Shown here: one piece after another, positions 1-9,274 of the stretch
Layout: each line of letters begins with the position of its first letter
How positions within the stretch are numbered: position 1 is the stretch's first letter
NCBI GenBank assembly: GCA_964504055.1
Contig: CAZDCU010000010.1
Location: 8,568-28,048 of the forward strand
Direction: 5' to 3'
Origin: an uncultured Methanomassiliicoccales archaeon
Lineage (GTDB): Archaea > Thermoplasmatota > Thermoplasmata > Methanomassiliicoccales > Methanomethylophilaceae
Length of the DNA: 19,481 nt
Notes under the pieces: generated by a model
Seen by the model: only the letters and a program-made list of their open reading frames with translations
The model's database searches: none
Told to the model about the DNA's origin: nothing
Made by a program: the position numbers and the translations under genes

Positions 1-758
1 TTCGTACTTCCGAATAATAAAGCAATGATAATGACAATCTTGATTATATCGCTGTATTCCGAGACACTGTTGTCGGTGGGTGCGAATCCTCCCAGAGATA
101 TTGTTGATAACGAAATACAGAACGAATCGAAGAAAGACAGTCCGCATACGGTCAAAACAATCAGTATGACCATTGTCGCAACGGAATATACCGTAATGAA
201 CTGTTTTCCTGTGTCTCTGAGTTTGATTGATACTTTACCGGCATCCGAACCCGATGTTTCATTCACAAGTAATGCTCTGTTACCGAAACCGATTGTAGGC
301 AGAACGAGAATGAACATAACGATAATCGCAATACCTCCGATCCACTGCAGAACGGCTCTCCACAGAATTATTCCTCTGTCCAATTCATGAACGCTGGAAA
401 TAATGGAAGAACCAGCGGTCATTACACCGGAAGTTGATTCGAAAATACTGTCAATCGGACTTAAACCGTACATCATAAACGGTAACGAACCGCATGCGAC
501 GGCGGCACCCCACATTAAAACCATGTTCGCCAGCATAAAGACCGGATCCATGGTCGTAGGCATTTTCGTCATAAAGACGAGAGGAGCGCCCACAATCAGC
601 AGAATGATCATCGGAGTGAGGAATATCGATGTGTCACAGCCGTCTTCGATCTGATACAGCAGGGACGGTATCATCACGACGGCAAAGGTCACAAGAGTGA
701 GGCCCATTGTCTTGAGCGTGAGACTTTCTCTCTTCCTCAGTCTGAGTTTGAATTTCAT
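1..758 (-). CDS. trkH: Trk/Ktr-type potassium uptake membrane subunit TrkH (partial; C-terminus beyond left edge)
   Basis: The minus-strand frame opens at an ATG (complement of cat at 756-758) and runs off the left edge without a stop, so it is absent from the ORF track. The translation MKFKLRLRKRESLTLKTMGLTLVTF...DSIFESTSGVMTAGSS...LWRAVLQWIGGIAIIV is polytopic and carries TrkH-type motifs. It starts 5 nt downstream of the trkA stop. The plus-strand ORFs 25-390 and 403-654 are its antisense shadows. Confidence 0.85.
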   Translation of the reverse strand, partial: MKFKLRLRKRESLTLKTMGLTLVTFAVVMIPSLLYQIEDGCDTSIFLTPMIILLIVGAPLVFMTKMPTTMDPVFMLANMVLMWGAAVACGSLPFMMYGLSPIDSIFESTSGVMTAGSSIISSVHELDRGIILWRAVLQWIGGIAIIVMFILVLPTIGFGNRALLVNETSGSDAGKVSIKLRDTGKQFITVYSVATMVILIVLTVCGLSFFDSFCISLSTISLGGFAPTDNSVSEYSDIIKIVIIIALLFGST

Positions 759-763
759 CTTAT

Positions 764-2104
764 TCACACGTCGATATCGATACGGGTACCGAACATCCTT
801 TCGAGTTTGCTCTTGTTTGCGTTATGCGTGTACAGGATGGCACGGTCGTTGGCCTGGAATTTGGTGTACATGTCGGGGTATACCTTCTCATCGTTACGGA
901 TAATGCATGTGAGACGGCATCCCTTCGGTAATTTGACATCTCCTGTGTGTTCGTTACACACATCCGATCTCGGATTGACGTTGACTGTGAAGAATAATTC
1001 ATCCGGATTTCTCATTTTGAGAATGGCTTTGTCGCTTGAGATGAGTGTTTTGGTAACGCCGTTTGCGATTACACGGTGGTTTCCGACGATTGTTTTGATT
1101 CCTGTATATTCGAAAATATCTTCGTATTCAATCATCGAATATCTGCTGACAATCTTGTACGCACCGAGTTTCTTCCCCATCAGACCCGAAAGAAGGTTTG
1201 TTTCGTCGGTGTCGGTACTTGCGATGATAACATCCGCTCTTCCCGCATTTTCAGACTTAAGAAGATAAGGATCGACACCGCTTCCGTTGACGATAACCGT
1301 CGAAGTTAATTCTTTGGCAAGTTCCGTACATCTTCTGCGGTCGGATTCGATGAGTTTTACGTATCTTTTCCTTGATTCGAGGAGTTTTGCGGTCTGAGAA
1401 CCGGCTACGCCTCCCCCGATGATAACGAACTCATTCGCAGGACGGCTGACACCCATCATATCGTTGAATTCATGGATACTCTCCGGAGAACCGAGAACAC
1501 GAATCAGATCTCCGACGTGAATAACGGTCATATCATGCTCGATGATGATTTCGTCGTCACGGTAGATTGCGACGATTGTACAGTCTTTCGGCTTTTTGAT
1601 GTCGATACTCATCTTTCCGATGATTTCTTTGTGATCGTCCGTTACTTCAAACAATGCCAAGCCTAAATCCATGGCTTCGATGCTTTCGTAATCGACGGCA
1701 TTTTCAAGAAGAGCCAACTCGGCCATTTTGTTGGCGATCATGATTTCCGGAGAAATGATCTGATCCACCGTCTCGGGCGACGGTTCTATTGCGAAATCGG
1801 GATTTCTGACTCTTACAATGGTCTTGATTCCGGGCTTGATCATCTTGGAGAGCATAGAAATCAGAAGATTGTCATCATCTCTTCCCGTGGTACTGACGAC
1901 AATGTCGACATTGTGACGTTCGATGGCACTTCTCAGAACCTTCGGGTTGGAACCGTCTTCGTAAAGGACGGAAACATTCAGAAGGCTCTTGGCTTTTTCA
2001 ATTGTCGCTTTGTCATTGTCGATTATCATGACGTCGTGGTACTGTGACAGTACTTCGGTCACGATGTATCCCACATTACCGATGCCGACTACGATTATGT
2101 TCAT
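764..2104 (-). CDS. trkA: Trk system potassium uptake protein TrkA (duplicated TrkA-N/TrkA-C, NAD-binding)
   Basis: 446 aa. There are two Rossmann GxGxxG motifs (VVGIGNVG at the N-terminus, IIGGGVAG mid-protein), each followed by an RCK-C/TrkA-C-like segment. The gene lies directly upstream of trkH on the same strand. Confidence 0.92.
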   Translation of the reverse strand: MNIIVVGIGNVGYIVTEVLSQYHDVMIIDNDKATIEKAKSLLNVSVLYEDGSNPKVLRSAIERHNVDIVVSTTGRDDDNLLISMLSKMIKPGIKTIVRVRNPDFAIEPSPETVDQIISPEIMIANKMAELALLENAVDYESIEAMDLGLALFEVTDDHKEIIGKMSIDIKKPKDCTIVAIYRDDEIIIEHDMTVIHVGDLIRVLGSPESIHEFNDMMGVSRPANEFVIIGGGVAGSQTAKLLESRKRYVKLIESDRRRCTELAKELTSTVIVNGSGVDPYLLKSENAGRADVIIASTDTDETNLLSGLMGKKLGAYKIVSRYSMIEYEDIFEYTGIKTIVGNHRVIANGVTKTLISSDKAILKMRNPDELFFTVNVNPRSDVCNEHTGDVKLPKGCRLTCIIRNDEKVYPDMYTKFQANDRAILYTHNANKSKLERMFGTRIDIDV

Positions 2105-2177
2105 TGGATGACCTCAGCCGATACAGTCGGAATTCGCATTTCGGTATATAATCAATGGTCTGTGCGGTCCGCATTGT

Positions 2178-2185
2178 TTATATCG
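2178..2185 (+). promoter_or_regulatory. Candidate archaeal TATA box for hisD (implies a leaderless or near-leaderless mRNA)
   Basis: TTTATATC is centred about 26 nt upstream of the hisD ATG at 2208. The same AT-rich intergenic region (2105-2207) also holds TTATATA on the minus strand (about 2141-2150), upstream of trkA. Confidence 0.3.
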
Positions 2186-2207
2186 AACGATATTATAGAG
2201 AGAAATC

Positions 2208-3470
2208 ATGTTGCAGCAACTCGAAGAGGGATTCTGGCAGACGAATCGTTCATCGAAGGTCGATGACGTCCTTGAAACCGCGAGAAATATCATTGCGGAT
2301 GTTCAGAAGGACGGAGATAAGGCAGTCAAAGCTTACACTGAGAAATTCGATAAAATCAAACTCAAGAAACTCCAGGTTTCACGTGAGGAGATTGAAAAAG
2401 CGTATGAAGAAGTGGATCCCGAACTCGTCGAGGAGCTTGAGAACGCTGCATACAATATTGAAAGATTCCACAAGATGCAGCTCCCGCAGGATTTATGGCT
2501 GTCTGAGGTGGAACCCGGAATCACGTTGGGTGTAAAGAGTACTCCGTTGGAGAGAGTCGGATGCTACATTCCCGGAGGAAGGGCATCGTATCCTTCGACA
2601 GCACTGATGTGTGTCATTCCCGCACGTGTTGCGGGTGTCGATGAAGTGATATGCTGTACTCCCGCACCTGTCAATCCTGTTACGTTGGTTGCATTGGATA
2701 TCGCCGGTGTTGATGAAATCTACACAATCGGCGGAATTCAGGCTATTGCGGCGATGGCACTCGGTACCGAATCCATAGAACCGGTTCAGAAGATTGTCGG
2801 ACCCGGAAACGTGTTCGTTACCGCGGCAAAGACCCTTCTGAGAGGAAAGATTGAGATCGACTTCCCCGCAGGACCTTCGGAAGCAGGTATTCTCGCAGAC
2901 GATTCATGCAATCCTGCGTTTGTTGCATCGGATTTGGTTGCACAGGCCGAGCACGACCCCATGTCTGCTTTCATTCTGATTACGGATTCGAAGAAAGTTG
3001 TCGACGCAGTTGATAAAGAGATTGAAAAACAGGTCAAAGATGCACCCAGGAAGGAAATCATCACCGCTGCAATGAAAAACTCCGGTTACATCGTGGCGGA
3101 CAGCATGGATATTGCGATTGAAATGATGAACGATATCGCACCCGAGCACCTTTCCATTCAGACAAAGGATGTTATGGACGTTCTTTCGAAAGTAAGGAAC
3201 GCAGGTTCCATCTTCGTCGGACCGTACACACCGATTGCGGCGGGAGATTACGCCTCGGGTACGAACCACGTTCTTCCGACTGCGTGCGGTGCGAAACTGT
3301 ATTCGGGACTCAACGTAGCGCACTTCAGGAAGACTTCCACAGTGCAGATGCTTACGAAGGAAGGTTTGGATGTAATCAGGCCCACTATCAGGAAGATCTC
3401 CAAATCCGAAGGACTCTACGCACACTGCAATTCAGTGGACGTAAGAATCAAACCCGAAAAGAAAGAATGA
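2208..3470 (+). CDS. hisD: Histidinol dehydrogenase
   Basis: 420 aa with HisD family motifs [24 protein letters not shown] and [13 protein letters not shown]. Length is typical for the family. Confidence 0.95.
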   Translation: MLQQLEEGFWQTNRSSKVDDVLETARNIIADVQKDGDKAVKAYTEKFDKIKLKKLQVSREEIEKAYEEVDPELVEELENAAYNIERFHKMQLPQDLWLSEVEPGITLGVKSTPLERVGCYIPGGRASYPSTALMCVIPARVAGVDEVICCTPAPVNPVTLVALDIAGVDEIYTIGGIQAIAAMALGTESIEPVQKIVGPGNVFVTAAKTLLRGKIEIDFPAGPSEAGILADDSCNPAFVASDLVAQAEHDPMSAFILITDSKKVVDAVDKEIEKQVKDAPRKEIITAAMKNSGYIVADSMDIAIEMMNDIAPEHLSIQTKDVMDVLSKVRNAGSIFVGPYTPIAAGDYASGTNHVLPTACGAKLYSGLNVAHFRKTSTVQMLTKEGLDVIRPTIRKISKSEGLYAHCNSVDVRIKPEKKE

Positions 3471-3478
3471 ATCTTTTT

Positions 3479-3501
3479 CCGACCGGGGTTTTCCCGGTCG
3501 G
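3479..3501. terminator. Perfect 9-bp GC-rich hairpin between convergent hisD and the LOG gene, flanked by T-runs (possible bidirectional terminator)
   Basis: CCGACCGGG (3479-3487) pairs perfectly with CCCGGTCGG (3493-3501) around the loop GTTTT. It is preceded by TTTTT (3474-3478) and followed by TATTTT and the palindrome AAAACGTTTT (3516-3525). Confidence 0.5.
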
Positions 3502-3527
3502 GGATTCGTATTTTCAAAACGTTTTAG

Positions 3528-4061
3528 TTATTTTAATAGAATTTCTTTGATCTCTTCAAGATTCTCAGCGAAATAGATTCCTTTCTGCCTTTCTTCCGAA
3601 GACAGGCCCATCTCCGTCATGTGATCCAACAGCATCTTCAGGTTCCGATAGTAACCGTTCAGATTGTAGAGAATACAGGGTGCGTCGATGTGTTTCAGTG
3701 AAACCTTCGACATCACTTCGGAAATCTCTTCCAATGTTCCCGTACCTCCGGGGAATGCAATGAACGCATCTCCGAGTTCAATCATTTTCTTCTTACGTTC
3801 GGACATATCCTCGGTTACAATCAATTCGGTCAGTCCTTCGTATTGAAAACCCTCATCAATAAACGACTGCGGCTCAACACCGATTGCTTTTCCTCCGGCT
3901 TCGAGAACGCTTTTCGCAATTTCACCCATCAATCCTGTTTTGGATCCGCCGTAAACCAATGTGTTTCCGCTTGTGCCGATCCATGTTCCGAGTTCCTGTA
4001 CCGCTTTACGTAAAGACGGGTCGTTTCCTTCGTATGCGCCGAGATAGACTGTAATATTCAT
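3528..4061 (-). CDS. LOG family protein (TIGR00730-type; cytokinin riboside 5-prime-monophosphate phosphoribohydrolase-like)
   Basis: It carries the motifs GGSKTGLMG and PGGTGTLEE (PGGxGTxxE). MNITVYLGA is the usual family N-terminus, so I prefer the ATG at 4061 over the ORF-track ATG at 4121. Confidence 0.85.
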   Translation of the reverse strand: MNITVYLGAYEGNDPSLRKAVQELGTWIGTSGNTLVYGGSKTGLMGEIAKSVLEAGGKAIGVEPQSFIDEGFQYEGLTELIVTEDMSERKKKMIELGDAFIAFPGGTGTLEEISEVMSKVSLKHIDAPCILYNLNGYYRNLKMLLDHMTEMGLSSEERQKGIYFAENLEEIKEILLK

Positions 4062-4155
4062 TCGGGATGCTCCTTTGCCTGTATTCGGGAAATGTATCGG
4101 CAATATACAATCTTCTGTCAATCGTAATTCCGTACAGGTGCCGATACAGAATTAT

Positions 4156-4182
4156 TCCGGCTGAAACATCATCCGGCTGAAA
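4156..4182 (+). repeat. Perfect 11-nt direct repeat TCCGGCTGAAA x2 (period 16 nt) immediately upstream of the candidate TATA box of the hyf-like operon
   Basis: TCCGGCTGAAA occurs at 4156-4166 and again at 4172-4182. The second copy runs into the purine-rich stretch AAGAAAGG before the TATA element. This could be a regulator binding site. Confidence 0.6.
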
Positions 4183-4188
4183 GAAAGG

Positions 4189-4198
4189 TTTATAAATA
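4189..4198 (+). promoter_or_regulatory. Candidate BRE/TATA promoter of the hyf-like operon
   Basis: TTTATAAATA is preceded by purine-rich AAGAAAGG and centred about 33 nt upstream of the ATG at 4227. This predicts a very short leader. Confidence 0.4.
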
Positions 4199-4226
4199 TT
4201 ATAACATAAGCAGTCGCTCCGTTACA

Positions 4227-6203
4227 ATGGATTCCCTGTCTGTAATATGCAATGACAATCCGACACTGGCAGCGGTATCGGTGTTTCTGATGCTGATACT
4301 GCCGTTTGCCGGTATGTTACCGGGATTGACAAAGACAAAGGAATCTGTGTGTAAACTGCAGATGATTCTGTGCGGAATTTCATGCTGTATCGGGATAATG
4401 ACGTTCCCGATACACTGCATCTGTTCCGATATTTCGGTAATGATTCCTCTGAAATCGGCAATAGGTCCGTACGGAATACTCATAGACGGCATATCGGCGC
4501 TGATGATGTCTGTATCGTCCGCTGTGTTCCTTCTTGTGATACTGCATATGGCAGGTTCTTCGCATGTTATGAACGGCAGATATCTTGCATCTATGAATGC
4601 TCTGTACATCGCGTGTATGCTCTGTATGTGTGCGGACACCGTTGCCGTTCTTCTGATCGGTTGGGAATGCGTTTCGCTGCTTACGTTCCTGATGAACGAT
4701 AAACCCGGGGAAGAAGAGCACAGATGGATGTTCTTCGTCATAACGCACATCGGCGGTCTGATGCTTATCGGAACCTATGCATACATGGCATCCGTTACCG
4801 GAACATTCGTACTTTCGGAATGGGCAGGTATATCTTCACTGGTCGGAACGACACTGTCTTCGATTCTTATCCTGCTGTTATTCCTGGGATTCGGTTCGAA
4901 ACTGGGAATCGTTCCGTTCCACGCATGGATGCCCGAAATGTACAGAACGACACCGACCCACACAGTTATTCTGTTATCCACTGTGTGTTCCAATGTTGCG
5001 ATTCTGATTCTTTTCAAGAGTATTTTCGGATACATCGGAATTTCCGATGACATGAACGGAATCGCATTGGTGCTGATGCTTCTGTCTTCCGTATCGGCGC
5101 TGTGGGGTTCGATGGAATCCATGATTCAGAACAAACCGAAGAGGATTCTTGCCTATTCAAGTATGGAGAATATGGCATTGGTCTGTCTGTGTATGTCGGT
5201 CGCAATAGCGTTCGCGCCCGTATCAAAATCCGCAATGCAGCTGATTCTCATTGCGGGACTGTTACACACAGTCAACCACTCGCTGTTCAAATCTCTGATG
5301 CTGATGACTGTCCACACAGTCGAAGACTGTACGGGTGAGACCGACATCAATAATTTCGGAGGATTGGGGAGAACGTTGCCTGTTCTCTCTTTCGCAGCGG
5401 TTATCGGTACCGCATCTCTCGCAGCCGTACCTCCGATGAACGGATTCACAAGTGAACTGTTAATGCTGCAGTCTATGATTTCCGGTGAAACATCGGAATC
5501 GATGCTGATGCTTGTTATGCCTTTGGCAGTCGCAGTATTGGGTGTCTGCGGTATGATGGGTGCAACATCGTACGTGAGACTGTACGGATTCACCTATCTC
5601 GGACGCCCGAGATCGAAAGGTGCGGAATCTCCGAAATCTGTCGGCAGACTTCCGATGTTTTCTATGTGGGTTCTTGCAGTATCATGTATCGTTACGGGAT
5701 TGTTCGCATTGAACATTGCAGATGTTCTCAACACAGGCATGAATTCATTCCTGGGAACATCTGCGGAATACAGAGATGCGATGTCCGGTAACTTCGAACC
5801 TCTGATTCTCGGAATAATGATTCTCGGAGCCATTGCGATACTTGTATTCCTTATGCGTTCGAGAAAAGAAGACGGCATTGAGGCCAACACATGGGCCTGC
5901 GGAGGTACATTGGACGAAGATATGCAGTACTCTTCGGCGGGATTCTCACAGCCGTTGGTGCGTGTGTTCCACCCAATTTACGGCGACACCGTTTCCATGA
6001 CCGATGATGACGGGCACAAAAAAGTGTTCTATCATGTCAGATTCGTGGAGCCGTTCAAGAAATACATTTACACACCGGTCGCGAAAGGTGTAATATTCAT
6101 TTCAAAACAGGTCGAAAGGATACAGACAGGTAACATTCAGTCGTATCTGACATACATGCTGATTGTTATCGTTCTTGCTTTACTGGCGGTGAGGCTCATA
6201 TGA
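4227..6203 (+). CDS. HyfB/HycC-like (NuoL/Mrp-antiporter-type) membrane subunit of a group-4-hydrogenase-related complex
   Basis: 658 aa and polytopic. It has the antiporter-subunit signature GFGSKLGIVPFHAWMPEMYRTTPTHTVILLS and a C-terminal TWACGG motif typical of HycC/HyfB. Its stop overlaps the start of the next gene (ATGA at 6200-6203). Confidence 0.9.
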   Translation: MDSLSVICNDNPTLAAVSVFLMLILPFAGMLPGLTKTKESVCKLQMILCGISCCIGIMTFPIHCICSDISVMIPLKSAIGPYGILIDGISALMMSVSSAVFLLVILHMAGSSHVMNGRYLASMNALYIACMLCMCADTVAVLLIGWECVSLLTFLMNDKPGEEEHRWMFFVITHIGGLMLIGTYAYMASVTGTFVLSEWAGISSLVGTTLSSILILLLFLGFGSKLGIVPFHAWMPEMYRTTPTHTVILLSTVCSNVAILILFKSIFGYIGISDDMNGIALVLMLLSSVSALWGSMESMIQNKPKRILAYSSMENMALVCLCMSVAIAFAPVSKSAMQLILIAGLLHTVNHSLFKSLMLMTVHTVEDCTGETDINNFGGLGRTLPVLSFAAVIGTASLAAVPPMNGFTSELLMLQSMISGETSESMLMLVMPLAVAVLGVCGMMGATSYVRLYGFTYLGRPRSKGAESPKSVGRLPMFSMWVLAVSCIVTGLFALNIADVLNTGMNSFLGTSAEYRDAMSGNFEPLILGIMILGAIAILVFLMRSRKEDGIEANTWACGGTLDEDMQYSSAGFSQPLVRVFHPIYGDTVSMTDDDGHKKVFYHVRFVEPFKKYIYTPVAKGVIFISKQVERIQTGNIQSYLTYMLIVIVLALLAVRLI

Positions 6204-7138
6204 TCGGGCACATCGTTATGATTCTTCAGGCAGTCGTTCTGATTGCGGTTTCTCCGTTGATGACGGGAATCATCCGTAAAGTCAAGGCAGCTTATCAGGG
6301 AAAAGTAGGGCCGGGTATTTTCCAGCCTTATCATGATTTGGCCAAACTGTTCAGGAAAGGAAGACTGACGGGAAAGGATCACACCTGGTTATTCAAAGCT
6401 ATCCCGTATATGTGTCTCGCATCGATGGTTATCCTTTCGCTGATGGTTCCGTTCGTGTATACAGGCATTCTTTCTCCCTTCGGAGATTTAATCACATTGG
6501 TGTACCTCTTTACTTTATTCAGATTCGCCATGGTTTTGGGCGGATTGGAAGGAGGTTCCGTATTCGGAGGAATGGGAAGCAGCAGGGAAATGATGATGTC
6601 CGTATTGATTGAACCCGCACTGCTGCTTTCGATCATGGCTTTATCCGTTTTAACAGGCGGAAGCACCAATATGTCGGATATTTCGCTGAATATTGCCGAA
6701 ATGGGTTTCGATGCGTTGGGTCCCACGCTGATACTTGCGGTTACGTCGTTTATGATGACATTATTGGCTGAGAATGCGAGAGTGCCTTTCGACAATCCCG
6801 CTACTCATCTGGAACTGACAATGGTCCACGAGGCAATGATTCTCGAATATTCGGGAAAGAAACTGGGAATGATGGAACTTTCATCGGAAATAAGACTTAC
6901 GCTTTTCATGGCGATGATTTCGTCTATGTTCCTTCCGTGGGGAATCGCCACGGAAATCACGCCTTCCGCAATTCTGATTGCGACAGCTGTTGCGATTGTG
7001 AAGATGTTAATCATCGCGGTCGTGATTGCAACGGTTGAAAGTGTAACTGCGAAATACAGACTGTTCAAGACACCGAATCTTCTGACAATCTCATTTATTC
7101 TGTCGTTACTTGCGATGGTTTCGGTGTATATTCTCTGA
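6200..7138 (+). CDS. HycD/HyfC-like (NuoH-type) membrane subunit
   Basis: 312 aa. The N-terminus SPLMTGIIRKVKAAYQGKVGPGIFQPYHDLAKLFRKG is characteristic of HycD/HyfC. The PFDNPATHLEL / EYSG motifs are NuoH-like. GGTGAGG lies upstream of the ATG. Confidence 0.9.
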   Translation: MIGHIVMILQAVVLIAVSPLMTGIIRKVKAAYQGKVGPGIFQPYHDLAKLFRKGRLTGKDHTWLFKAIPYMCLASMVILSLMVPFVYTGILSPFGDLITLVYLFTLFRFAMVLGGLEGGSVFGGMGSSREMMMSVLIEPALLLSIMALSVLTGGSTNMSDISLNIAEMGFDALGPTLILAVTSFMMTLLAENARVPFDNPATHLELTMVHEAMILEYSGKKLGMMELSSEIRLTLFMAMISSMFLPWGIATEITPSAILIATAVAIVKMLIIAVVIATVESVTAKYRLFKTPNLLTISFILSLLAMVSVYIL

Positions 7139-7148
7139 GGTGAAAGAT

Positions 7149-7808
7149 ATGGATGTAACTGTTGCAATGAATCTCATAAACATCTGCGCCTCATCGATGC
7201 TTCTGTGTTCCATACTGTCTATGGCAATGCTACGCATGCCGCCGATGGTGAAATTATTCTCACTGCAGTCACTGTTCTTAGGTGCGATGGCTGCCGTTGT
7301 CGCTTATTATTACGATGAACCGCACATCTACATCATGTGCGCACTGACGGTAATCATCAAAGGATTGGTGATACCGAAGGTACTTGACAGTGTTTTGCTG
7401 AAAGTGGAAACCGTCAAAGAAGCCAAACTGAAAATCGGTATCGCAGGTTCGTTATTGGTGTGTGCTGCGTTGATTTTCATATCGTATTACGTCACGGAAC
7501 CGTTCATAATGAAATTCGACACAATGGAGAACAGCTGTTTGGCATTATCGATGTCTATCGTATTGATCGGACTGCTGATGATGGCTTCCAGGCGTAAGGC
7601 GGTAACGGAAGTTATCGGACTGCTGATGATGGAGAACGGTCTGTTCCTCGGTGCACTGTCCATTTCCCACGGAATGCCGCTGATCGTTGAGATTGCGGCG
7701 TTCTTCGATGTTTTGGTTGCATTGGTAATCATCGGCGTATTCATTCTGAGAATCAACAGATCGTTCCATTCCACCGATGTAGCAGATCTCAGGAGGCTGA
7801 AGGAATGA
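7149..7808 (+). CDS. HyfE-like (NuoK-related) membrane subunit
   Basis: About 219 aa from the ATG at 7149, which is preceded by GAGGTGA. The C-terminal half, GLLMMENGLFLGALSISHGMPLIVEIAAFFDVLVALVIIGVFILRI, parallels E. coli HyfE. The ORF-track start at 7110 overlaps the upstream gene and is probably an over-extension. Confidence 0.75.
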   Translation: MDVTVAMNLINICASSMLLCSILSMAMLRMPPMVKLFSLQSLFLGAMAAVVAYYYDEPHIYIMCALTVIIKGLVIPKVLDSVLLKVETVKEAKLKIGIAGSLLVCAALIFISYYVTEPFIMKFDTMENSCLALSMSIVLIGLLMMASRRKAVTEVIGLLMMENGLFLGALSISHGMPLIVEIAAFFDVLVALVIIGVFILRINRSFHSTDVADLRRLKE

Positions 7809-9274
7809 TACAGGAATCTCTGACGGTGATATTTTCAGTATACATTCTGTTGCTGATTTCATGCGTATTCGTAAAGAAAATGAGAGTTCTTTCATATCTT
7901 TCCGTTACCGCATCGGCTGTCTCCGTTGTCTGTGCGGTATTGACCGCCGTCGGTATGTATGACTGTAATTTCATATTCGAAAACGGACCGCTGTATATGG
8001 ACAGAATATCGCTGATATTCCTCTGTCTTGTTTCATTCGTTTCGTTAATGACGATGCTCTATTCCGACGGATACATCTTCTACGAGAAAGAAGAAGGAAT
8101 CGTTTCCGACAGAGATCTGAGACAGTACTACATTACACTCAATCTGTTTGTCGCCGTGATGTATGTCACATTCATTGTGAATTCATTGGCACTTATTTGG
8201 CTGTGTGTCGGTGCAACCACATTGGTTTCCACTTTCCTTGTGGGATTTTACAAGAACGGAAACTCCACGGAAGCCGCATGGAAGTACATGACACTCTGTT
8301 CAGTGGGAATTACCGTGGCATTGCTCGGTATCACATTGCTGTATGCTTCGACACTCAACGTAATAACGGATCTCGATTCCGCTTTGGATTGGACTGTTCT
8401 CATGAAGAATGCCGGGATGTTGGACAGCGATCTGATGAGAATATCGATTGTTCTGATAATCATCGGATACGGTACGAAAGTCGGATTTGCACCGATGCAC
8501 ACATGGCTTCCCGATGCACACAGTCAGGCACCTACGCCCGTGAGCGGTATGCTGTCGGCGGTACTGCTTAACTGTGCGCTGTACGCAGTACTGAGATGTG
8601 TTATGATTTCCGAGATAACAATACCGGATTTTGCGGACACAATACTGCTGATATTCGGATTGTTCTCGTTATTCATTGCGGCGATGTTCATCATAGGTTC
8701 CAAGGATCTGAAGAGAATGCTCGCATACTCGAGTATCGAGAATATGGGATTGATCGCAATAGGATTCGGTATCGGTACCGAACTGAGCATATTCGGTGCG
8801 CTGATTCAGCTGATTGCACACTCCGTAACAAAACCGCTGTTATTCTTTGCCGCGGGAAACATCATTCAGAAGTATGAAACAAGGGATATGAATCTCATCA
8901 GGGGTGTGAGGGAGAAGATGCCTTTCACGGCATTTATGATGGCTGCAGGTTCTCTGATTATTGTGGGTGTTCCTCCGTTTTCGGTATTTGTTGGAGAATT
9001 CTGCATCGTATACGGCGCGGTTTCATCAAATGCCGTGTGGGTTGCGGTTCTCACTCTGTTTTTACTCGTGTTTGTGTTTGCGGGATTTACAAAACACATT
9101 TTCGAAATGCTTTCGGGTCACACCGAACAGGATATCGGAGAGCATAAAGGAATTTTAAGAAAGATTCCGTTCGTTGTGATGTTTGCCGTGACGCTGATTA
9201 TCGGATTGTTTATGCCTGAGTCCTTCTCTGAATTTTTACACGGTGCGGCTTCGGCTGTAGGGGGACTGATTTGA
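7805..9274 (+). CDS. HyfF/HyfD-like (NuoM/NuoN antiporter-type) membrane subunit
   Basis: 489 aa and polytopic. It has the signature GYGTKVGFAPMHTWLPDAHSQAPTPVSGMLSAVLL. The start overlaps the upstream stop (ATGA) and AGGAGG lies upstream. Confidence 0.9.
   Translation: MIQESLTVIFSVYILLLISCVFVKKMRVLSYLSVTASAVSVVCAVLTAVGMYDCNFIFENGPLYMDRISLIFLCLVSFVSLMTMLYSDGYIFYEKEEGIVSDRDLRQYYITLNLFVAVMYVTFIVNSLALIWLCVGATTLVSTFLVGFYKNGNSTEAAWKYMTLCSVGITVALLGITLLYASTLNVITDLDSALDWTVLMKNAGMLDSDLMRISIVLIIIGYGTKVGFAPMHTWLPDAHSQAPTPVSGMLSAVLLNCALYAVLRCVMISEITIPDFADTILLIFGLFSLFIAAMFIIGSKDLKRMLAYSSIENMGLIAIGFGIGTELSIFGALIQLIAHSVTKPLLFFAAGNIIQKYETRDMNLIRGVREKMPFTAFMMAAGSLIIVGVPPFSVFVGEFCIVYGAVSSNAVWVAVLTLFLLVFVFAGFTKHIFEMLSGHTEQDIGEHKGILRKIPFVVMFAVTLIIGLFMPESFSEFLHGAASAVGGLI

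Noticed and set aside
25-654. Plus-strand ORFs 25-390 (121 aa) and 403-654 (83 aa)
   Set aside because: They are antisense shadows of the minus-strand trkH frame, which has clear TrkH motifs and no stops to the window edge. Their translations have no recognisable family features.
3528-4061. LOG-family gene as a component of the SLOG/TIR system
   Set aside because: It has canonical housekeeping LOG motifs. It is also on the opposite strand, 8 kb away, and separated from the cluster by an unrelated operon. The shared superfamily fold alone is not evidence of linkage.
4062-4121. N-terminal extensions given by the ORF track for the LOG gene (to 4121), USP gene (to 11926), HyfE-like gene (from 7110) and eIF-2B-family gene (from 15147)
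   Set aside because: In each case an internal ATG coincides with the normal family N-terminus. Each internal ATG also has a better upstream signal (SD-like motif or TATA spacing), and the extension overlaps a neighbouring gene or promoter.
4199-5890. Minus-strand and alternative plus-frame ORFs inside the HyfB-like gene (for example 4199-4750, 4380-4748, 5153-5593, 5594-5890)
   Set aside because: They are shadow ORFs within a 658-aa gene that has diagnostic antiporter-subunit motifs. None has a plausible start context or recognisable domains.
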